Origin: Marsupella aquatica
Lineage: Eukaryota; Plantae; Marchantiophyta
Length of the DNA stretch: 64,000 nucleotides
Assembly: GCA_973895155.1 (NCBI GenBank)
Contig: OZ316899.1
Location: 4,467,241-4,531,240, forward strand
Reading direction: 5' to 3'
Position numbers and translations under genes: made by a program. Positions 35,596 to 48,591 of the stretch are shown here, piece by piece; position 1 is the stretch's first letter, and every line of letters begins with the position of its first letter. The notes beneath the pieces were generated by a model, which worked only from the letters and a program-made list of their open reading frames with translations, ran no database searches and was not told the origin of the DNA.

Positions 35596-38495
35596 ATGGC
35601 TATGGAGGGCAATGGTGGGGCACCGGGGGGGATGGAGCTGGTCCATCTAAAAGCTTTGCTCTCATAATGGCAGAGGTTTTCAGGACGCAAGCTGGGTTGT
35701 CTGCTGAATCTGCAGAGAAAGTTGCCCATTTGACTCAAGGGTTGATTGACTCCTCCGACAGAGCTGTGATCAGGCTAGAGAAGGAGAGGAAAAGAAAGAG
35801 GAAGGAGGAGAGTAGGAGGCCAGAGGAGACTCTCTCACCACGACAGAGAGAAGAGCCTCAGGAAGGAGGCTTGAGCTGCAAAGAGGCTTTGAATTGAGGA
35901 GGAGAGACTGCGTGCAGAGGAGAGGGCAAAACGGCCAAAGCTGGTTTTGAATGAGGGAGGAGCTCCCACAGCAAAGAGCTATAGACTCTTCAAGAGTCAG
36001 CTGGGGCAGGTCTTAAGGTCACATTTTGGCCCCTTAGACTACTGGGGAAAGAAGAAAGAAGAGGAGTGATTTCGGGTTAAGGAGCAAGTGAAAGAGAGAT
36101 TCAGCAATGGCTCGTTCTTAGATGACCGATTTCTGAACAGGAAAATCTCTGTATCACTTGCAGATCGTCGAAATCACATTAGGGAGAAGATGAGGAAGTA
36201 CCTGCTTGAATGTCAGGATGAGGAAGAGGTGATCAGGAAGGGAAATCCCCCGGATGACATAGACGCTGATGCCTGGTCCGCTTGGATTGAGGCTGAGCTG
36301 CAGGTTCGTGCTTGGCAAGCTCGTTGTCACTGGCAAGCTAAGGTTTCTGAGGCAGAGAAGAGGGCCCTTGCAAGAGAGACTGCTGACATCCGCCCTCTGC
36401 AATGCAAAGCAATTGAATGGGAGAGGATATCAAAACAGCTTGGAGACCCACCCCTGGCAATTCAGAAGGCAATTGATAGAGTGGAGAAGAGACCAAAAGT
36501 GACTCACCGGATGGGACAAGGTGGATCCCTTCGTCTCAAAGCAGAGTTTGTGAGTTCTTTGCCCCCCTCCTCTTTGCTCAATTCCTACCTCCTTGCAAGG
36601 TCCTTCCTCCTCCTGATCACCTTAGGCACCAATCCTGAGTAATGCCTGCAGAGCCCCCCCCCCCCCCGCAACTACCATTCTTATGCTAATGTAAACAGTG
36701 TGGTTGTCTAGCTTATTAATTGTCGTGGATTTTCAGTTTCCAGTGTTTTCTGCTGAGTCCGATGCATGTCCGACTTTAATTTAGTCGGAAGCAACATCGG
36801 ATGCTGTATTATGGTCAGTTGCAGGGCTGTGTTCGATCTAGGTCTGATTACTTTACCATCGGACATTGTATCGGACTCAAAGTGTCGGGTTTGCTTCCGA
36901 TGTGGCAAAGAGGGGTCCGATGAAATTAGGATCGGATAAATTCAAATTTTTGAATTATCGATGAGTGTTATTGGGTGAGCGGCCATGATTCATGCCAAGT
37001 GCTTAATTAGGTTATAGGTAGGGATTTTCTGAAAGTGAAGGGGGATGATTTTTAAAACTAAAATCAAGGGTTGATGAAGGGTTTAATTTTTGGAAGTAAT
37101 GTATATATTTAGCTTGAAGGAGTATTAATTTGTTGGAGTGCAGGAGCAAGAGCATGGACGCCCAATCTTGCCAATCGAGAGAGAGTTAGCTAAGAAGCTT
37201 GGACCACGGGCTCTCAAGCTTTGCATGGAGGAGGAGTTGGGGTTGGTAAGTTTATTCAATACCGTTAATCCTAAGGTGATCAATTCATCATTGAGTTGTT
37301 GTAATTAAAATTTTGGTAACACTAACATATTGGTTGGTGCTTGCGTATATATATGGATGTAGGGCTCGGAGGATGGGTCAGAGACTTCTGGCGAGGAGGA
37401 GGAGGACGGATCGGACAACTCAGATTCAGAATCTGAGGGCGTGGCACCCATCCCTGTGCCTCCAATTGGTGCAACATCCCGAGGGCGTGGAGGTAGTCAG
37501 TCTAGACAGAGGACACATGATGGTGGTAGGGGTCATAGTGTTGGGGGAGGTAGTAGGGGTGCTCGCGTAGGAGGCGCATCTCGCCATACAGTGGCTGGTG
37601 GGGCTGGTGGTTCTCACCGGTCTGCTCTTGGTAGGGGGGGTGGTAGTAGGGCACCCGATGGTTTGCACTGGTTGACTTCTGGTAGGGGGGTGGTAGTAGG
37701 GCACCCGATGGTTTGCACCGGTCCACTTCTGGTGGAGGGACTGGTAGTAGGGCACCTGGTGGTTCTCACCGGTCCGCTTCTGGTGGGGGGCAGGGCGGGG
37801 GTGGCACCGGGGCCCCTAGTGGTTCTCATCGGGCAGGTTCTGGTGGGGGGGAGGGACCAGGGCTCCTGGTGGTTCTCATCGGGCAGGTTCTAGTGCGGGG
37901 GGTGGTAGTGGGGCACCTGGTGGTTATCACCGGTCCATTTCTGGTGGGGGGGGGGTGGCACCAGGGCTCCTAGTGGTTCTCGCCATTCAGGTGCTGCAGG
38001 TGGCGGGAGTAGTGGGGCACATGCTGCTTCTCGTCATTCAGGGGCTGGTGGTGGGGAGGGTAGTGGGACCCCTGCTGGTTCTCACCAGTCAGTTGGGGAT
38101 GGGGGCAGTGCCCCAGCTGACCAGTTAGGGGCCAACCAGGGTACTACAAGCGTTGGAGGCAGTGGCGGTGGTGCGAGTGGGTCTCACCAGTCGGGTGCCA
38201 TCGGGGGTGATGGCTCTCACCACTCTGGCACCCAAGTGGGCAGTGGGGATGCATCCTTTCATACTTGCTCTGCTGGTGGGGGTGCTGCACCGCCTTCGCA
38301 TGACTCAGGAGGTGTGTCTGGTGGTGATGCTCGTGGAAGTAGTGGTACAGCAGGCCCTAGCACCACAGGTGCAGGTGGGTCACATGCCCCCATTGATGAG
38401 GCCCTAGAGGTAGTGCCAGCTGCTAGTACCCCACCATCAAGATCTTGCACCCATTCCAAGAAAAGGAAGGGACGACATGCACCAGCATATGGATA
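35596..38495 (+). pseudogene. tnpA: CACTA TnpA/Ptta-like gene (exons ~35596-36549, 37144-37244, ~37363-38495) with an acidic/Gly-Ser repeat tail
   Basis: PPDDIDADAWSAW and KVTHRMGQGGSLRLKAEF resemble the plant transposase Ptta/En/Spm family. Donor GTGAGT at 36550, acceptor TGCAG at 37143, donor GTAAGT at 37245. The upstream frame has TGA stops and poly-G slips. Confidence 0.65.
37600..38110 (+). repeat. ~51-bp (17-codon) coding minisatellite, GGGSRAPGGSHRSAS-like units
   Basis: Units start at ~37630, 37681, 37731 and onward. G-run length changes cause frameshifts. Confidence 0.8.
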
Positions 38496-39339
38496 GGGCA
38501 GCCTAGGATAGGCCCATATATAGGTAGGCATTTTGCTGATTGACTTAGAGTACACTTGTGCATTTAGTACTTACCATGTTCATTTGGCAAGGCCAGGCCA
38601 TTGATCCTGTTTTGTATATCTATTTTGGGGTCTCCCCTTTTTGATTATATATTTATACCTTCTTTGCGTACACACAGATGTTGGGGTCTATGTGTGTCAC
38701 CATCTTAATACCCTAATTCAGCCCCCAAATTAAATCCAATAAAAACCCCAAATTTATGAGCCATACTCTACTGCTTCCGATCTGCTTCCGATACTAGATT
38801 TGATGCTCAGTCCGATACACATTCCGTTGCTACCATCTTTGCAATGTCCAATGCCACATCCTATGCACTTTCCAAATTGGAAAATAATGCAACATCCGAT
38901 ACTTATAATTATGCAATTTCCAATTTCTAAATAAACGGATAAACCGATATTATAAGAATTGGACCATGATCGCATGTGTACAATGCCTTGCATGCGGTAG
39001 CTGCCTTGTTTCCGAAACTCTTCGCATCGGGCGTGATTTTATCCAATACCCTCTACGTCGGTCTATGCGATTACTACTACATCGGAAAGTCCGAAGGAGA
39101 TCCGATTGAAAGAATATATAGAAGAGGAAAGAATATATAGGCAGAGGGTAATCAAAAGAGTAAAGAAAATATAGAGAATTACTTTGTCGATGATCAACTT
39201 GATTGAGTCATGAAATTAGATAGGAATGAAGACTCAACCTACCATTGATTGGTGAGATATGATGGTTGGGAAAATCATTGATTACAAGGAGCGTGATTGA
39301 AAAGCCAGGTTGAATTAAAGGTGACAATGTCAACATCAC

Positions 39340-39960
39340 AGTCGTCAAAGTGAAAATCGCAAAAAACTCATGATAAGAAAACTCAACGACACCAAAAAAC
39401 TTTTGGTGCCACATTTACTTGACCAAATTGGCTGATATTTTTTGTGGAGATAGGAAATGAAGTAGGCGCACCTTCTAGCAAAGTATGAGCATCAACCAAG
39501 GTCCGGTTGGTGAGAGAAAAATCCAACAGTGGAGTGGGGTATGTAGCTTTTTATCTTTTGTTGCATATCTGATTCACACATTCAAGCAAACGAATACTGT
39601 TGTGATCAAATAATTGATACAAAAATGGTGGTTGAATAACTATGATTGTGAAGCACATGATGTAGAAGGTAGTAGTATGAAAGGGTAGGTCAAAATGGAG
39701 TTATGAATTCAAGTCGCAAGTCGCTGAAATTGAAAATTGCTAAATAATGAAGTAGAGAAAATCAGCAATGATAAATATTTTTGACGCCACATTTGCTCAA
39801 CCAAATTGGCTGACATTTTTTGTGGAATTAGAAAGGAAGCAGACACTTTTTCTCTCAAAGTATGAGCACCAACCAAGGTCTATTTGGTGAGAGATAAATC
39901 AAATGGTGGAGGTAGGTCTGTAGCTTCCAATTTTTCTTTATGAATTTAATTCTATGATTT
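39340..39960. repeat. Diverged ~377-bp tandem duplication
   Basis: GCCACATTT(A/G)CT(TG/CA)ACCAAATTGGCTGA(T/C)ATTTTTTGTGGA at ~39409 and ~39786. AAAGTATGAGCA(T/C)CAACCAAGGTC occurs in both units. Confidence 0.7.
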
Positions 39961-41884
39961 GAAGCATGTGGACCATAGTTGAATGAAAGTGAAAGATTCA
40001 TTAGGAACTAGTAAGAGAGGAGAATACTTAGCCCATGGTGAAGATTTGATTGGAGTGGCTGAAAAATATTTAAAAATTATAGTTTCTTGTGTTGAGGGAG
40101 AGATGCCTTGCTACTTAGTAAAAACTTTGCCCAATGGGAGTGCAAACTAAGATCAGAAAGCATATGCTCCCAATGTTGGATAGTAGGAGAATAGAGGGTA
40201 TGTAGAAAGGCCCTGGACTAACATTCCACTTGTACAAGAAATTTTATGATGTTATATAAAACTGTCATTTTGTTGGCTTTTTTCTTTACTATGATTCCAC
40301 CTTTGTAATTTGGCTAAGAATTGAGCTTTAGAAAGCATGAGTACCTGGATGTTACCTCGTGCTCAGTTCGATTGATTTTTTGGAGGTTAATACAAATTCT
40401 TTTGTGTGTTATTTTGCTATTCACTTTGATACTCCATGGGCCAGAGTTAGTAGGTATCCCCAAGGTGTGACACTCTGAATTTTCAGAGCTTGGAGTGTCC
40501 AGAAATATCAATCTGATCAATTTGTTACTTGAAGATTGTGTTGTAGTTGGAATCTAAGGGCTTAGCCCCTAGTTCCATTTCACAAATTGATCAAGAGCAA
40601 GAATTATAGCATCACGGCAACAAAAACTTATGTGGTACTTGGCGGAATTTTCTCAATGAGCTGTCGGTTTGTTGTTGGATTCATGTAAAATCAACTAGAA
40701 GTTGTGTTACAATTTCAAGTTTCCCTAGTTTGGACAACATACCTTGGTATCATATTGACGGTTCCTTACAGTGTCTAGGTGTCTAGTTGTGAGCTTTTAG
40801 TAGGGAGTTGTTTACAGGTTTTCCTTGACCACCCTATTTGAAGCACATTAGTAAAGCTTGCACTCTCACAAGGGAGTCTTGTTATTTTGTCATTGTAATT
40901 TGTTGGTCAAAGTGGAGAGGCCCTCTAGCCTCTTGTAAGATAGAGGTGGGGTTTTGTTGGTTCTAAGAAGTTTTTCTATTTGCCTTTTTGCTTGTGGTTC
41001 CACTCTAAGCTCTTCCATGGGAACGAACTAGTAAAAATAGAGATATGTTGCTTGGGTTGTGTGCTACCTGTGAGTTACCCACCACGACATGCATATTGGA
41101 TTGAACGGGAGATCCACGACTACTATGTCAAGGATTGCCTTGCCTCATCTCATTACAATACTAAATCAGAGACCGACTTAGATGCTTACAAGGCTGCCTC
41201 CCCATGAGACAAGATGGAGTTCTTTGACTCCTAGACTTGACTCCTAGACCTCCCTTTTAGGATGTTTTGGCAAATTTTGGGAAGCTATCTTGTCACATGT
41301 TCTCCAAATTTGTATTTGAAGTAAATTTCATGTGATGAGCTACTAGCCATTTTGTCCATTGAGATCCTACATGATATGATTCCCAATGTATTGCTTTGTT
41401 GTTTCCTTCATTTTCATAGTGTCAATTTTGCTACTCGAATTTGACACAAAATAGACAAAATTGTTTGAGTCATTTATATTCATCGGTTCCAAGTTTAAGT
41501 TAAGTTCAACGATTTACGTTCAGAGGATAAGACGAGTTAGAGTTGAGTCTGAATAGATACAAACTCCAATATGCACGTAAAGAAGGCATTTCAAGGAACA
41601 AACATAATGGTTTGTCTGCGGATCAAAGGCTTTTGGATAGGGTCCCACACTAGCAAGATTGCTAGCCCAAATCAACACTCTAAAAATGATTAACATTTGG
41701 ATTTCATTTTTCAACTTGCTAACATTCTATAGAATGAGTAAGTGTCCGAGCAGCACTTCAAAGTGAGGAAAGCATTTGAACTGGAACGTGAGTCCAATCA
41801 TCCAACAGATCAGAGTCAGACCATTAAACCATATGCCTAGGAAAAAAAGACCAGTAATCAATAAAAAGAGGAGAAATGTCAAAC

Positions 41885-44800
41885 TATTGTAACCCATAGG
41901 TTAGGTCAACATCCAATCCTAGTTAGGGGATTAAGGTAGTTACTACAACTACCACTACATGTATACCTAGGGAGGTATTAGTAAACCCCATAGGAATGGA
42001 TGAACCTTAGTTGTTGGTGGACTTAACATTTTCTCTTCTGAATTATCTACACCTCTCAACACGTTATCAGCACGTAGCTCTCCACAAGCAACTTTCTTTG
42101 AGAAAAAGGCCACATTTACGTTAAATGTTCATAGATTTTACACATTTATTTCTCGATGGGAGGAGAATACGTTGAGAAATAGATTTCTCATTCTTTTGCT
42201 ATGTTGCCCATTCTACTGCCCATTCTTCTGCCCATTGTTGCAAGGCTATGGACAATCGGGAAATTTTATTCAAGGAAATACAAACGAGGGCCAGCCAAAG
42301 AATGAATTTTGGAACTCAAATTTGGCTCAATGAGGAGTTAGGAAATAAGGAATAATTGATTGGGTGTGCCCTCAGGTGTGTCCAAAGAGAGAATACGAGG
42401 ATAAAGAACGTTGTTAATTGACAATTCTTCCCCCCCAACCAAATCCTTTGATGCCCTTCGCTCGACTATGACAGACGCATAGAGCAACACTATGCAAACT
42501 GGAACTATTAGTCAAATCTTCAAGGTGACATTGATATTGACGATATGTGGACCACACAGTTCAAATTAATCCCTTGGGAGACCCTGAACAGACCCGCACA
42601 ACGCAAAGTATCGAATGGATAACAGTTATAACAGATTCAGTGGTTCACAAAATTAATACGCTCTCCAAGCTACCTTTGAGATTTGAAACTCACTGTCAAA
42701 CATCACGGCGATTGAAGCACTTACAACCTGAGATTGAAGCATAAGGGCTTGAGTGCGATAGTAACAACAAAGGTATTGGGGGGGGGGGAATTAGGGAGTT
42801 CTTTTATTGTAAGTTGATCGAGAAGGGCTGCAGCACATGTGACTCGCTATTGCCTCCCAGAAGCAAAATATACTTTGGTCAGTAGAGAGAGACACGGCCC
42901 CGCGGACTTGATGCTGCCATTGCTCATCCCAAGTTTTTTGCCGAGGAAATGATATCAATCCAAACCTCATTCAATTTGCAAAGTTGAAGGGTCCCAGTGG
43001 ATGAAACACTAGACGATAGCCTTTTGCCCTGCCCAAGCTTGCTCAAGAACCAATTTATTAGCCATCAACGGGACATCAAATTAGAGGAGAATTTGCTTCT
43101 TTTCCCCTATGGACCCTCAATAGGTGCCCCAACTGGTTACCATGATTTCAAAGTACGAGACATAAGGACTGAAGGAGGAAACTGGCACAAAAGATAGAGT
43201 GAACACAAGAAACAACATCAAATTGGATAAGGTGTAGTGATGTGATAAGGACCAGTTTCTCCAAAAGCAAAAAGTGACCGACCAATAGAGAGAAGATTTC
43301 AAATCAAAGACAAAAATGCACATTAAATACAAAGGCAGCATTTGACGTAGTGAACAAGAGAGGAACAAGCAGTTATGTGACAAAAGCGCAACATTTGCCC
43401 CAATTCTGCACAAGAAAATCACAAAGGAAAGTCATTTCCCATCACTGCAACACATAACAACAAAATTTGCCACTACAAAAAGAAAATTGCAATTGCATAA
43501 TTAAGCCCTTAATTGGGTCATCAAAATGAATTAATGGGTGGTAATTAATTACTAATCAAATGGGAAAACAAAAATCTACCCCACTATCCTATAAATCAAA
43601 ATGTAACATTTCATAAATTTGAGATTGGAAACTTTATTTCACACTTCAATGAGTTTAAATAGAAAAGGGGTAAACAAAAATGGCCTGAAATGAACAAGAG
43701 CATTTTAATTTTTTCCTCAATGATGAGAAACAAATGAATGCTAAGACACAATTAGTTGGTTTCCACGTATACCATACATCAAGAAGTAAAATGTGGACCA
43801 ATACACAATTGAAGTATAAGTTGCTTGAATGGTATAACTTACATACTTATTAAAAAAGAGCAAATGTGTGGAACAAAATATGAAAGATGTATAAGAGGGA
43901 ACAAACATGACATGGAACAATCATCCATTTGCCTGGCTGACATAAGCTATTACAATGAAAACTCCCTACACCTCAATTTGAGGGGGACAAAATAATGATT
44001 GCCCCAATCATATAGCCCTTAAGGCATTCAAATATGAACTAGCAATACTAATTACTAATACAAGGTATAGATAGAGGTTCACCCCCTATATCTAGTAGGG
44101 ATAGTTGTTAAGCTTACCATGGAGGATATAGGGGCCAACCTCATATAAAATCTCTATATATAAGGTATTTAGACATGACTTAAAATTTGGAATTCCAAGA
44201 AGGTGAAGAACGCGCATACAAATGAGAATTTGAGATTTGAGGGGGAGAGAAGTACACCCTCATACTCATATGCATCCATTGGATTATTTGAGCTTCATTT
44301 TGCAAATGATATCAATTGAGGAAGTCTCTTTAGCACATGCTATGAAATGAAGTGCACAAGTGCTCTGAGCACATGAAATACTGATGATGGCCAATCATGA
44401 AAAGTACTTCGTAAAAACAAATAAGATAAGTGGAGAGAAATTATCCTTGAGATTTGAAAAGCCTTTGATGGAAGTGTGTGAAAATCCCTAACACCACCAT
44501 GGCTTTGCCACTACTACCTATGAACATGACATGTATATATGTTGGCCAACGATTTATATCACATGGGAAATTTTCCACATATATGGATCCAAAGGGAAAC
44601 TGAAGGCAATGGAATACCACCAAAAATGATGGAAAAAACTAACGTATACAAGTTGGTTGCAGAAAATGCACATCTGATTATAAACACCATGAATGAAAAC
44701 TTGAGATCTAATGAAGAACACAAATGAAGACTCCCATGTGAAGGAAAAATGTGAGACCTTTCAGAGATAAAAACCCAAGATTCAAGTCTCTTCATGCTTC

Positions 44801-45269
44801 AAACCTCAAACTTCCCCCACATTAAGAGTTCATATGTGACTTACTCTCAATAGGGGAACAATATATCTAAGACCAAATTTTAGATCTATATTTCCACCCC
44901 CCTTGAAACATATCCAAAATGACTATAAATGTAACATTGGTGGTGGCACTCTTTCCCTTAGAAGAAAGCAAGAGGGTTTTAGTGAGACCACACCAATGGA
45001 TACCGTGTACTACATTGATCTATCATTTACAACTGGATGTTAACCTTAGTGTGGTTGCATTATTTATCTATGATAAAACAACCAAGGGGGAGTGTTGTAA
45101 CCCATAGGTTAGGTCAACATCCAATACTAGTTAGGGGATTAAGGTAGTTACTATAACTACCACTACATGTATACATAGGGAGGTATTAGTAAACCCCCTA
45201 GGAATGGATGAACCTTAGTTGTTGGTGGACTTAACATTTTCTCTTTTGAATTATCTACACCTCTCAACA
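41885..45269 (+). mobile_element. Non-autonomous Bianca-type LTR element (LARD-like, 3385 bp)
   Basis: 177-bp LTRs 41885-42061 and 45093-45269 (6 mismatches; the 5' copy starts TA instead of TG). TSD CAAAC. PBS CGTTATCAGCACG 42062-42074. PPT CAAGGGGGAG 45083-45092. No gag/pol motifs recognised in the 3-kb interior. Confidence 0.9.
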
Positions 45270-45472
45270 CAAACAATATATTGTTTCCAAGTTCAAAACA
45301 AATTGGTATTTCTCGAACCTGTGCCCCGAGGAATCCCCAAGCACCAATCTAAATTAGCAATTCCATTAAATGAATAGTCCTAGTATATAACAAAATTAAA
45401 CTCCTCACTTCCCCAACAGTCAGAATGGGCTATTTGACAAGGTCAACCCTCTCAAGATTGGGCAAACCTTGT

Positions 45473-46430
45473 TTAAATAGACCTAAAATAGATGTTTGCA
45501 AGACATGTACGGTTTTTCTTGTGTATGCCTCTTATAAAAGTCATCATAGGAACTTGTGAATCAGTCTTGTGAGTGGCAATCAAGTATCGCCAGCCCCATC
45601 CATTTCCAACGCTTACCTTTTCATTTCCTACTACTCCCATGTACTCTTGTGTTGTGGAAGTAATCCGTTTGAGTAACTCTAGAGTGTTGTTGAAACCCTG
45701 ACGTGCACCTTTCTCATTCCAAGTCTTCAAGCGAGGGTCCATACTGGTTAAATCAATTTGTTTTGGGAATGAGTTCACATCAATCCAGAGGTCAACACGG
45801 TTGCGAGCAGATAGAGAACTCTCCAACTTCTTCTACGTCAACATATGACAATTCACTGATCTGGAATCCTAAACAAAGAAGGAAATCTATCTGAGGACGG
45901 GAGAGGCAAGTCCCACATTGAACCTTCAGCAACTCAGGTGGAGGGGGAAGTTGAGCAAAAGTTTTGTGCCCTTGGCTCTTGTGACACCTATTGTTTGGAC
46001 AGAAGTAGAGCAGCTGATGGTGTGAAGACAATAATTGCAGCCCATGAATGGTGACTCCAACAATTCCCCCTTTTGCGGATTTAAATCATGTCTCCTTGAT
46101 GAGATTTTGACATTCATCTCTTTCAAAAACACTTCAGTCCACCAATCCATTGCAAACAGGTCCAACACCTCTCTTGCTACACCTTAGATACCAGGTCCCA
46201 TAAGGAACATCAACCTCTTGGATGGGGATCCTTTGGGGGCATCCCGATGATCATCCCAAACATCACGCAAAGGTTGTGTCCCCTTCTGGGTGATGTCATC
46301 CAATGTACAACTTGCATCATCACCATCATTGTTCAAAATGTAGATAACTCGAGGAAAACTCAGGCAGGATTCATCAAAGGGACACCATTTTTGAAGAAAC
46401 CGTTGGCTCCAAACTAGACAACAATGCAGA
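45473..46430 (-). pseudogene. Unidentified coding relic
   Basis: Three consecutive minus-strand ORF fragments (46184-46453, 45926-46168, 45473-45826) with protein-like composition; no family recognised. Confidence 0.25.
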
Positions 46431-47107
46431 ACATGAGAGATACACTCAATCAAATACTACATCAACGAGACACTCCAAGTGGAGAAACTCCTAAAGGATC
46501 CATAGCATATGAGAATACATGTGAAGAATGAGGGAGAGAAATCTCTCTCTCCAACCTATACCCCCCAAGGGGGACTAAGATGTTTGAGCCTAACTAGTCA
46601 ATCTTATCCTAAACTAACCAAGGGCCAACTAACCATAGTAAGGCCAAACAACCAGAAGTTGGGAACTAGTCAGAGCCAATTCCTAACAATCTCCACCTTG
46701 ACTCCGGTTCACACAATGAGTCGGGTGAAACACAATATGTAACAAAGTAACATATCTACATAGTCTCCAATTTGCCCCTAAAATTAACGATATCCACATA
46801 ATGACTAAAGCTATTGGTAGGTAAAACTTTGGTAAGCATGTCTATTGCATTCTCCTCTGAAGCCACCTTCTCCAAAAACATCTGCTTTGTCTCAATCACC
46901 TTATGAAAGAAGTGATAACAAATATCAACGTGCTTTGTCTTGGCATGGAACACAGCTTCTTAGCCAAATGCAAAGCACTTTGACTATCACACAACAGCAT
47001 CGGTCTTTTAGGTGAAAGACCCAAATCACTCACTAATCTTTGTAGCCAGATCAGCTCCTTGGTTGTCTCACAAGCAGCCATGTACTCAGCCTTAGTAGTA
47101 GACAATG

Positions 47108-48591
47108 AGTCGCAGAACTCAACTACCTTAACACTTAGCTTTGGGGTTGTTGACTCCAGCGCCAAGCTCCCTAATGGTCCAAACCCAGAACCGCCATCTA
47201 GGGAGGACTTAGCAAAGGGAGACTTGTGGGCAATGGGGCGTGGCATTGGCAAAGGCAAGACGCTAAGTTGATGACACACACTAAGAACTTAGACTAGCTG
47301 AGGGCTGGTCGGGTCAGGAGAAATGGGTCGGGCTCAGGGTTGACCGTCTGGACCCTTGGATGGACTTTGAGTTTTGATGGCTTGAGTGAGAGCTCCTCTT
47401 GGGCCTAAGGCCAATGGAGTTGACTCCATGGGCAATGGAAATTTGGGCACAAGTTATGGCCCAATCCGGGGTTTGGCCGATCGGGGATTCCGGGTGACAA
47501 TGGGATCTGAGGGCCTAGGCATGAGCACTGGGTTGGCCCAATCACAATGGGCTAAGGCACTCCACTTACGGACACCTAGCTAGAAAGTTATGGGCATTGC
47601 CAGTTGGTGACGCGCCCAAACATGCGGGTTGGGGTCCAGGTGGGGGGCCAAAATTTGGGGACCAAAATTGGTACAGGGGTGGCAGGTCTCTAGAATCATA
47701 TATGAGGGGAGTGGTGTCTCCCTAGGGGCTAAGGGCGAGCCAAAGTCAAGAGTCGCGGTAATCGTGACACTAAGGAAAAAGGCCAAACGGAAATGATGAT
47801 AACTTCCCAACGAGAAGTTTGTTGGAGGACTTCTTGGGTGCGTTGGAAAGCTATCAAGGAGGAATACATACTCCTGAGATAATCTGGGTGTAGGGGTGCC
47901 ATAAGTTCTTGGGGTTTGAGGGGGCTGTCTTGTCCGCTTGCCAATTCCTATTGAAACAGTAGCCAAGCCGCGTTCAGTCTCTCAAGGGAGTTTGCGTTGG
48001 GGAGGCAAGACCAAGTAGGCGTGGAGATTGAGTTCCAAGGGCACTTGGCCCCTAGACCATTAGTGGGGCAAGAACCGGGAGTTGGTTGCTAGAGTCAGGG
48101 CCATTCAGGTCCCGACGTGTTGGGACAAGCTTGACAAGCTACGCTAATTGTGCCATGAGAATGTCCTGGGGGTAGGGCGGTCAGTTGGTGATGGATAGGT
48201 ACAAGGGGGAACCCGGGCTGCACCCAAGGAAGGGGTTGTTCTAAACAAACAATGGGTGTTGGTTTTGGTTCTGACTTATGGCATTGGGAGGACCTATCGT
48301 TGACCTACTTACCAATGTTTATTGAACTTGAGTTAGAATGCTAGACTTGGGAGATCTAGATCTTGAGGGGTTACTTATCGAGATGTTTGGTTGCTTGTGC
48401 AGATAGTGAAGATTGTTGAGTAGCGGTCGTGTTGGAGAGAAAGTGCGGCTTTGTATGGGAGGGGCGGTAGGCGGTGCAAGGGGCACCAGGTTGCTTGCTC
48501 AAGGTATTTCATGGAGACATTTGGGCACCAAGGGCACTTAGGAATGGGTGTTGGGATTAGTGAGGGCGTTGGGTGGCTAGGGTCCACCACT
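47108..48591. mobile_element. 1484-bp insertion with AG..CT termini and 5-bp TSD (solo-LTR-like)
   Basis: CAATG duplicated at 47103-47107 and 48592-48596. Removal restores the RNase H codons CVTLSTTKAEY. Ends AGTCGCAG...CCACCACT. Confidence 0.8.

Larger units (their letters stand above)
28860..39110. mobile_element. CACTA (En/Spm) DNA transposon, defective; right TIR not found
   Basis: Left end CACTAGTACATTTTTG at 28860. Dense TCCGA/TCGGA subterminal motifs at 28880-29290 and 38770-39110. Encodes TnpD (-) and a TnpA-like gene (+). The right boundary is approximate. Confidence 0.8.

Noticed and set aside
38400-41880. Right CACTA TIR (...TGTACTAGTG)
   Set aside because: Not found; the TAGTG hits nearby lack the rest of the TIR.
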